A DNA stretch of 39,567 nt from Craspedostauros australis (taxonomy: Eukaryota), in NCBI GenBank assembly GCA_030167865.1, contig JALAGF010001218.1, positions 1 to 39,567 of the forward strand, given 5' to 3'. The notes below the pieces were generated by a model. It made no database searches, was not told the DNA's origin, and worked only from the letters and a program-made list of their open reading frames with translations. Position numbers and translations under genes: made by a program. Positions 33,200-39,567 of the stretch are shown piece by piece (positions within the stretch are counted from its first letter, which is position 1; every line of letters begins with the position of its first letter).

Positions 33200-35743
33200 A
33201 TGAAGACCATGTTCCTCTCCACCATCTCTGTTCTCGTGCTGCTGCATGGGTTGGGAATGCGCGGTCATTGCCAAGTCAATGCAGCAGCAGCTCCAACACA
33301 GACGCGCTCCAAGCGCAAGTCACCCAAAGCATCGAAGTCGGAAGCGACGTTGTTGCATTTTGATTTGACCAGGCGGACGGTCAAGGCCGATATTGTGGAT
33401 ATTCCAACAGATTCAAATACAACAACAACCTTCCCATCATCGGAAACGACAACATCGACAACATCGACAACATCGACAACATCAACCACCCCCACAACGA
33501 CAACAACCGTTGCTCCAGGGACGACGACCACAACGTCGACCACAACTTCTACCACCGCTGCTGGTACTGCTACCACCACGACCACGCCAACGACCACAAC
33601 GGTCACGCCGACAACGAGTACTACCAGCAGCAGCACCACCACCACCACCAGTCCGACGACCACAACTCCAGCAACAACAAGAGCGACAACAAGAGCAACT
33701 ACGACGAGCCAAGCAACGACAACTCCAGCAACAACAAGAGTGACTACTACAACCCCAGCGACCACCACAACAACAAGGGCAACCACCACTGCCACGCCAC
33801 CAACGACAACGACGACGACATCGGCCACTGCGGGTGCCACCACTACAACTCCAACAAATGCTGATGTCACGACCACGACCGCGACCACAACGACTCCTGT
33901 AACGACAACAACGGCAATGACAACAACGACGACAACAACACCAACAACGCCGACAACAACAACAACAGTGCCTACCACTACCACCACCACGACCACTGTC
34001 GTATCGGCTGCAACGGATCAAGCCCCCATGTCGGAAGCATGTCGTGCGATTGCAAATGGAGAAGAATACACAACAGAAAAAGGTTTCGTCGTGGAGTTCA
34101 TGTACGAGCTCCTAACAACACAAACGGCTTTCGTCGACAGGCTCATCCGCGAGGTCGATGCCGGGACCAAGTCCATTCTCACATCATCCTTGACGGATTG
34201 CGACACCGAGGATGATCGCGTGGCGGTGAGCGGTTCCACACGCAGGCGATGGCTTGAGGGTGGTTCTGAGGCAGGCTCCAACCCAACCGCAAACGGCGTC
34301 GTCAGCATCGGTGAGGCCAAAAAGGGCCACTTTGCTGGAGGCTTCGCATGCATCGGGATGCAGCCAGAAGCAGGTCAAGTGTGCTACATCACCAAGGGGT
34401 ATGCCCAAGTCTACATGGTTGATGACTTCGAAGGATCATCTGAGGACGTGGAGCGGCTTGTGACAGACATCATCAAGGAGGACTTCAACGGTGATGGCGG
34501 GGACAAGAGGTCGCGGGGCAGACTCCGATCCAGAAAGCTGGGATCGTCGATCGTTGCGGCCAATGACGAAATCTTGGGCCTTTACTTCCTGGACGACAGC
34601 GGCGATGGCGATGGTAGCGGCGGCACCGACGATGGGGGTACGGAAACCGGCAAGGGCAGACCAGTGGATGAAGCGCAGGCCGAGTTGGGCGGCTCCCAGG
34701 CCAACAGAGGCGACGGGGAGAGCAAGCAAGGGCGCTCGAAGACGTTCATCGTCGCCCCCATCGTTGGCGTGATTGTCTTCGCTCTTGCCATCGCTGCTTT
34801 CGCCTTCACGAAGCATCGTAATGTCAACAAGACACCGTACCGCATCGAAGAGAGCCGATCATGGGACGAGGACGTGAATGAAGGCAAATTCGAAACCTCC
34901 AGCATCACTGCCAGCAACGGACACATGCTGAGGTGGAATAGATGCTCCACGAAAGGCGGATCCACCCCAAGGACGCTGGACAGCGACTACAATCACTCAC
35001 CGTTGTCTCGGGACGCGCCCACATTCCGAGAGAGCTTTCCGGGAGCACCCGAACGAGACTCGACGCTGACTCCGAGCAACGATTCATCCGAAAGCAGTTT
35101 TGACGCCATCGGCATGCCGCAGGTCGCAAACCACCAGGGTGCGCAGGAGACCCCGTCGAGCTTGTTCAACGTATCCACGAGGCTCTCGCCATCCCTCAAG
35201 TCGGTGCAGCTTCCATCGCACGACACCGCGCAACGCAGCCCGCAACCCCTGGCAGAGAGCGAGTTGAAGAATACGGCGTCACCAGCCACAGCGCGAGGGC
35301 CGTCGGACTCGGTGACTGCGAACTCGTTCGAAATCTACGAATACTCCATGGCAGGCATATCGCACTGCACGCCAACCTTGAAGGTGGTGGACGACTCCAA
35401 GGACCCGAACAGTTCGTGGGCGTCACCGGACCGAGAGGCAGATGATTGCAACAGCTTGGGCACCACGGCTTTCAGCGGGCTGTACAAATCGTTCATGTCC
35501 TCCTCCGCCGTCGCCATGATGTCGGCGGCATGCGAGCAGGACACCACGACGCCCGCTCCAAAGAAGGCGAGCAGAAGCATGAAGATTGTGAAGCCCGCGT
35601 CCCCGTTCCGCCAAAAGACATTCGATTCACTTTGGAACACACCCAAGAAGAAGAGCAAGAGCAACCCCTGGTTGGCATCGTCAACCAAGAAGAACGAATG
35701 GTACAAGCGACCTGGTGCCAAGCCGGACACGGTTCAGTTGTAG
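33200..35743 (+). CDS. Thr-rich (mucin-like) type I membrane protein with RxL motifs; silicalemma/cell-surface protein candidate
   Basis: Signal-peptide-like MKTMFLSTISVLVLLHGLG (in-frame ATGs also exist upstream to 33077), a Lys/Ser-rich patch and about 200 aa of poly-Thr. These are followed by a Cys-containing domain with RRRWL and RSRKL, TM IVAPIVGVIVFALAIAAFAF and a Ser-rich tail. Confidence 0.8.
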   Translation: MKTMFLSTISVLVLLHGLGMRGHCQVNAAAAPTQTRSKRKSPKASKSEATLLHFDLTRRTVKADIVDIPTDSNTTTTFPSSETTTSTTSTTSTTSTTPTTTTTVAPGTTTTTSTTTSTTAAGTATTTTTPTTTTVTPTTSTTSSSTTTTTSPTTTTPATTRATTRATTTSQATTTPATTRVTTTTPATTTTTRATTTATPPTTTTTTSATAGATTTTPTNADVTTTTATTTTPVTTTTAMTTTTTTTPTTPTTTTTVPTTTTTTTTVVSAATDQAPMSEACRAIANGEEYTTEKGFVVEFMYELLTTQTAFVDRLIREVDAGTKSILTSSLTDCDTEDDRVAVSGSTRRRWLEGGSEAGSNPTANGVVSIGEAKKGHFAGGFACIGMQPEAGQVCYITKGYAQVYMVDDFEGSSEDVERLVTDIIKEDFNGDGGDKRSRGRLRSRKLGSSIVAANDEILGLYFLDDSGDGDGSGGTDDGGTETGKGRPVDEAQAELGGSQANRGDGESKQGRSKTFIVAPIVGVIVFALAIAAFAFTKHRNVNKTPYRIEESRSWDEDVNEGKFETSSITASNGHMLRWNRCSTKGGSTPRTLDSDYNHSPLSRDAPTFRESFPGAPERDSTLTPSNDSSESSFDAIGMPQVANHQGAQETPSSLFNVSTRLSPSLKSVQLPSHDTAQRSPQPLAESELKNTASPATARGPSDSVTANSFEIYEYSMAGISHCTPTLKVVDDSKDPNSSWASPDREADDCNSLGTTAFSGLYKSFMSSSAVAMMSAACEQDTTTPAPKKASRSMKIVKPASPFRQKTFDSLWNTPKKKSKSNPWLASSTKKNEWYKRPGAKPDTVQL
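33413..34000 (+). repeat. Degenerate (ACN)n trinucleotide repeat encoding poly-Thr
   Basis: Long acaacaacg/accaccacg tracts within the 33200 ORF. Confidence 0.88.
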
Positions 35744-35752
35744 CATGATGTA

Positions 35753-35784
35753 TGAGTAACTGAGTAACTGAGAAACTGAGTAAC
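35753..35784. repeat. 8-bp tandem repeat (TGAGTAAC)x4, one copy variant
   Basis: tgagtaac tgagtaac tgagaaac tgagtaac, just after the 35743 stop codon. Confidence 0.85.
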
Positions 35785-36524
35785 CCTGTTACATATCGCA
35801 CGTAGAGAGCCATACAATAACACACCATAGAATGTCATATTGTACCATACCTTACGATGCAGCTCATCCTGTCCAATGCCGATAACTCTGAAGTCTTTGC
35901 ATTTGTGCGGTCGACGCATGGCAGGCGGAGGCAGAGAAGAAAATGCACAGGTGGATGTGCTGGTTCCAGTCGCCGCGCGTCCACAGAAACAGAAGGGGGG
36001 AGCCGCAAAAATGAGGTGTCACGACACCGCTGGGTGACGTTTGGTGTGAGTCGACGCAGACACCTTCCTGCCGCGCGAATCTCGAAAAGGCGGGTGTGCC
36101 GAATCTGCCATGCTCTACCATGTCGAAATAATTAGCCATACTCTGGCGGTGAGTAACGAGTGATTCGTGTCCACAAATGCAACGATGTGAAACCAAAGTT
36201 GAGGAACGTCCGCATGCGCGGCACAACACACACGGAAGGGAATTTATTGTCATCGTTCCCATTCTTTGTACGACCAGTCGCTGTGCAAGCTGTCGTCATC
36301 AAACAGGTGACACAACATTCAACTCCCTCTGCGGTCACGACCTCGATCAGCGCGTTCCCTTCATTGCACACAACTTCCGAGCATTGCGGATACGATAATA
36401 CATCTCACCATCGTATCACACGGCATCAGTATAGCACAGTAGAGTATAGCACAGTAGAGCGGAGTATCCGTAAAGCACTTGATTCCATTGCATAGCATTG
36501 TATTCCATTGCATTGTGCTGCACC

Positions 36525-38639
36525 ATGACGAGCATCGAGGTAGAAGCGAATGCAAACGCTGACAATGGCGCGAAAGCTGCCGTGACCGCTGTCACGAGTA
36601 CCGCCCCCGTGAGCGACAGCGCAGATGGGAATGCGGATGAGGTCGTGGGAGACCAGACAGCGGCCGCAAGCAGGGCCGACAACGGCAAGGTTGACGACGG
36701 GGGCAAGCAAGAAGAAGAAGAGAAGGGGCAAGAACCGGTCGATGCACAAGCTGAGACGCAAACAGAAACGGAACCGCAGAAGGGCATCAAGGTGCTGTTC
36801 CTCAGCAGCGACACCGGAGGCGGCCACAGAGCCTCGGCGGAGTCCCTGGCGCGCCAGTTCGAGCTGCTGTACCCAGGGTCTTCCACGGAGCTGCTGGACC
36901 TCTCGGCTGACTACCCACCGCCCTACAACTCGATCGTTTCGCACTACAAGCACCTGTCCGCCAACCCAGCGCAGTGGAACATGCTCTACAAGCTCACCAA
37001 CGCCAAGAGCATGGGCCGCATCATCGACACCAACCTCAGGGTCATGACCATGGTGTGCGAGCGCTCCATGCGCAAGAAGCTATCCTCCTACCAGGCCGAC
37101 GTCATCGTCTCCGTCCACCCGCTCATGACGCACGTCCCGTCCTACGCCTGCTCAAAAATATCGCACGAGTCAGGTCAGCATCTGCCCATGTTCACCGTCG
37201 TCACGGATCTCGGCAGCGCGCACACCACGTGGTTCGCCAACACGGTGGAGAAGATGTTCGTCGGGTCGCGCCAGATCTATGAGCTTGCCAAGGAGCGCGG
37301 TCACGTGCCGGATGAGAAGCTGAACCTTCTCGGGCTGCCCATCCGCCATGATTTCGCGCTCCAGTCCGAGAGGCTGGGCGATCGCATGTCCCCCGAGGGC
37401 ATCGCCTACCAGAGGAAGGTCCGGAAGGACCTCAAGCTGCCGGCAACCGACAGGAAGACCCTCTTGGTCATGGGCGGCGGGGAGGGCGTTGGCAGCTTGT
37501 CCAACATCGTCAACGCCCTCTACGCGGAGCTAGTCAAGCAGAGCATCGACGCCGTTATCTTGGTCGTCTGCGGACGCAACGAGAAGCTCAAGCACTCGTT
37601 GGAGACACGCGACTGGGCGCAGATCATGGAGGACTCCAAGCAAAGCGATCGGGGCATGCCAGCGAAGGGATCCTCCTACTCCACATCCTCCATATCCAGA
37701 ATGTTCAAGCTTTCCTCTCCCGTCAGCACCCTATCGGCCTGCTCCGACACCCCCACCGTCATGACGGGATGCATCGAGGGTGGCATCGTCACCACCTCCC
37801 TGCGTCGCATCCTCAGCAACAGCAGCATCATCTCCACCAACAACGAAAATGCCGTCATCGTCCCGTCATCGCCCACGGAGAAGATGAAGACCACCGTCTT
37901 CACCGACGCGCTCACATCCACCGAGGAGAAGAAGAACGAGGAGGATGGAACGACATCACTCGTCTCCAGAGATCTTATCACAAAGGATGTTGCCTTGGCG
38001 GATCAAATTGCCGTCGATACGGATGCAGATGTCGATGCTGATGCTGATGCCGAAGAAGCGGCAGCTGCTGGTAAGAAACAGAGCCAGGATGCATCGCAGG
38101 CATCTGCGGTGGCCGCATCTGTGGATCAGGACGGAAAAGAGCAGGACGGGGATGACGATGGCGTTGCTGATGTCGCATCACCCGGTTTCGTTGACGTCGT
38201 CGGTTTGGGTTTCGTCACCAACATGGCAGAGTACATGGTTGCGAGCGACATCTTGATATCGAAGGCAGGACCGGGCACGATCTCGGAAGCAGCAGCTCTC
38301 TCCCTGCCCGTCATGCTCACCTCCTTCTTGCCGGGCCAAGAGGAAGGCAACGTCGACTTCGTCGTCGATGGAGGCTTCGGCGCCTTCAGCCCCGACAGCG
38401 ACCCACAGGCCGTGGGCGAGGAAGTCGCACAGTGGCTGTCCAATCCAGCCGAGATGGAGAAGCTGTCGAAGGCTGCCAAGGCCAAGGGCGCGCCGTACGC
38501 CGCGAGGGATATCGTGAAGCAGATCGGTGAATCGACGCTCGCGTGGAAGGCCATCAACGAAGCAGCGAAGCTTGAGTCCGCCAACGATGCAGCAAGTGCG
38601 ACAACGCAAACACAAACGGCAGCTACAGCAACAACATAA
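36525..38639 (+). CDS. MGD: Monogalactosyldiacylglycerol synthase (GT28)
   Basis: Motifs SDTGGGHRASAE, IVSVHPLM, VVTDL, GLPIR, LVMGGGEG, VVCGRN, GFVTNMAEYM, KAGPGTISEA and PGQEEGNV. First ATG at 36525. Confidence 0.95.
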   Translation: MTSIEVEANANADNGAKAAVTAVTSTAPVSDSADGNADEVVGDQTAAASRADNGKVDDGGKQEEEEKGQEPVDAQAETQTETEPQKGIKVLFLSSDTGGGHRASAESLARQFELLYPGSSTELLDLSADYPPPYNSIVSHYKHLSANPAQWNMLYKLTNAKSMGRIIDTNLRVMTMVCERSMRKKLSSYQADVIVSVHPLMTHVPSYACSKISHESGQHLPMFTVVTDLGSAHTTWFANTVEKMFVGSRQIYELAKERGHVPDEKLNLLGLPIRHDFALQSERLGDRMSPEGIAYQRKVRKDLKLPATDRKTLLVMGGGEGVGSLSNIVNALYAELVKQSIDAVILVVCGRNEKLKHSLETRDWAQIMEDSKQSDRGMPAKGSSYSTSSISRMFKLSSPVSTLSACSDTPTVMTGCIEGGIVTTSLRRILSNSSIISTNNENAVIVPSSPTEKMKTTVFTDALTSTEEKKNEEDGTTSLVSRDLITKDVALADQIAVDTDADVDADADAEEAAAAGKKQSQDASQASAVAASVDQDGKEQDGDDDGVADVASPGFVDVVGLGFVTNMAEYMVASDILISKAGPGTISEAAALSLPVMLTSFLPGQEEGNVDFVVDGGFGAFSPDSDPQAVGEEVAQWLSNPAEMEKLSKAAKAKGAPYAARDIVKQIGESTLAWKAINEAAKLESANDAASATTQTQTAATATT

Positions 38640-39358
38640 TCTGTTGTGGACTACATTTGGTGTCGGTGGTTGTGCTGGCTGCCCAAAGCGACCGGATGCG
38701 AGAGCGCTCGTACAACAACAATACTCGGACACTGGCACTAAGGTTAGCATCTGGCTACGAGAATGATGTTCTGAGTACCGCAACGCGGTGCAATCTTGCA
38801 TCCAGGCATGGCGCCTTGGTTGATCGAGAAAGTAGGAGTACGACAGCAGCAGAACAACAATACTATTATACCAACGCAGCGGTTCGCACCCGACTGTTCA
38901 ACATCTTTGGAACAAACCATTAATCCAGACTAATGTGTTTTACAGGATGGTAAATGCAGAGCATGTAGAGTATGCAGAACATGCGGAGTATGCAGAGCAC
39001 CATACTACTCTTGTACGGTACTATTATATCATCCTCTTCCCCTTGATTCCAGAAGAAAGGAAGGAATGCAGACATGATGATGCTCCACTCTTGTTGGTGA
39101 CCAATTTATGGTGACAGGAGACTGCCCTGACTTCCTGAGGGGTGCGCGATGGTGCGCGAAAGTGATTGATTTCCGAAAAATGCCAGCCAACGGACTAGGA
39201 TGTTAACGCCTCGTTAACCACATGGTGGAGGCAGTTTACGGGGCTGTCACGATTTGACGGACATAGGAGCCCGATCAGTGAGTCGACCAACACTTTGAAA
39301 TAGACATTCTAACTTTTCATCTGCGATATCCAAACCAAGCACATATTCGTAATCCTTA

Positions 39359-39365
39359 NNNNNNN
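39359..39365. other. Assembly gap (N run)
   Basis: Run of n bases in the sequence. Confidence 0.97.
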
Positions 39366-39567
39366 TTTATACATAATTAACCGTTACATTTTTTGTTAGA
39401 TCCTTATTTTAAGTTTTATGGAGTAATCTATGTACGCAAAGCAGTCACGTGGGTCCAACAGCACAAAACCCGTTGTTGTTGGCAGAAGGTTCTATGCTGT
39501 TCTCACGTATTTATCGTGAGGTGATCAGTCACGGATTGGCTTCCGAAGGTCTCAGTCGTTTGGTACG

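Noticed and set aside
33265-33996. Poly-Val antisense ORF
   Set aside because: Reverse complement of the poly-Thr codons.
38950-39567. Degenerate 9-bp repeats, paired GTTAAC palindromes and AT-rich sequence around the N gap
   Set aside because: Could be the edge of a repeat that broke the assembly, but no element structure can be supported.

Overview
Eukaryotic nuclear DNA with spliceosomal GT-AG introns, high gene density and many low-complexity tracts. Gene content suggests a diatom or related stramenopile (inference). About 13 protein-coding genes are supported: a DTW-domain tRNA acp3U transferase, GINS Psf3 (3 exons), a type II membrane PC-esterase/SGNH-like protein, a charged helical protein with an exact 54-aa repeat (2 exons), a Puf4/5-like Pumilio protein, a bestrophin/UPF0187-like channel, a SAM plus PH-like Cys-rich protein (2 exons), an inward-rectifier K+ channel (about 4 exons), Enhancer of polycomb/Epl1 (2 exons), a membrane-anchored SET-domain protein, a hypothetical protein, a Thr-rich type I membrane protein with RxL motifs, and an MGDG synthase lacking a plastid presequence. 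No rRNA, tRNA, CRISPR or recognisable mobile element was seen, and a short N gap lies near the right end. The most notable observations are the 54-residue repeat (about 8 nm if helical, matching the tubulin dimer), a stop-free 3n intron splitting the TV|GYG selectivity filter, and the predicted lumenal SET enzyme near a silicalemma-like protein. All calls come from reading motifs by eye, with no database searches.
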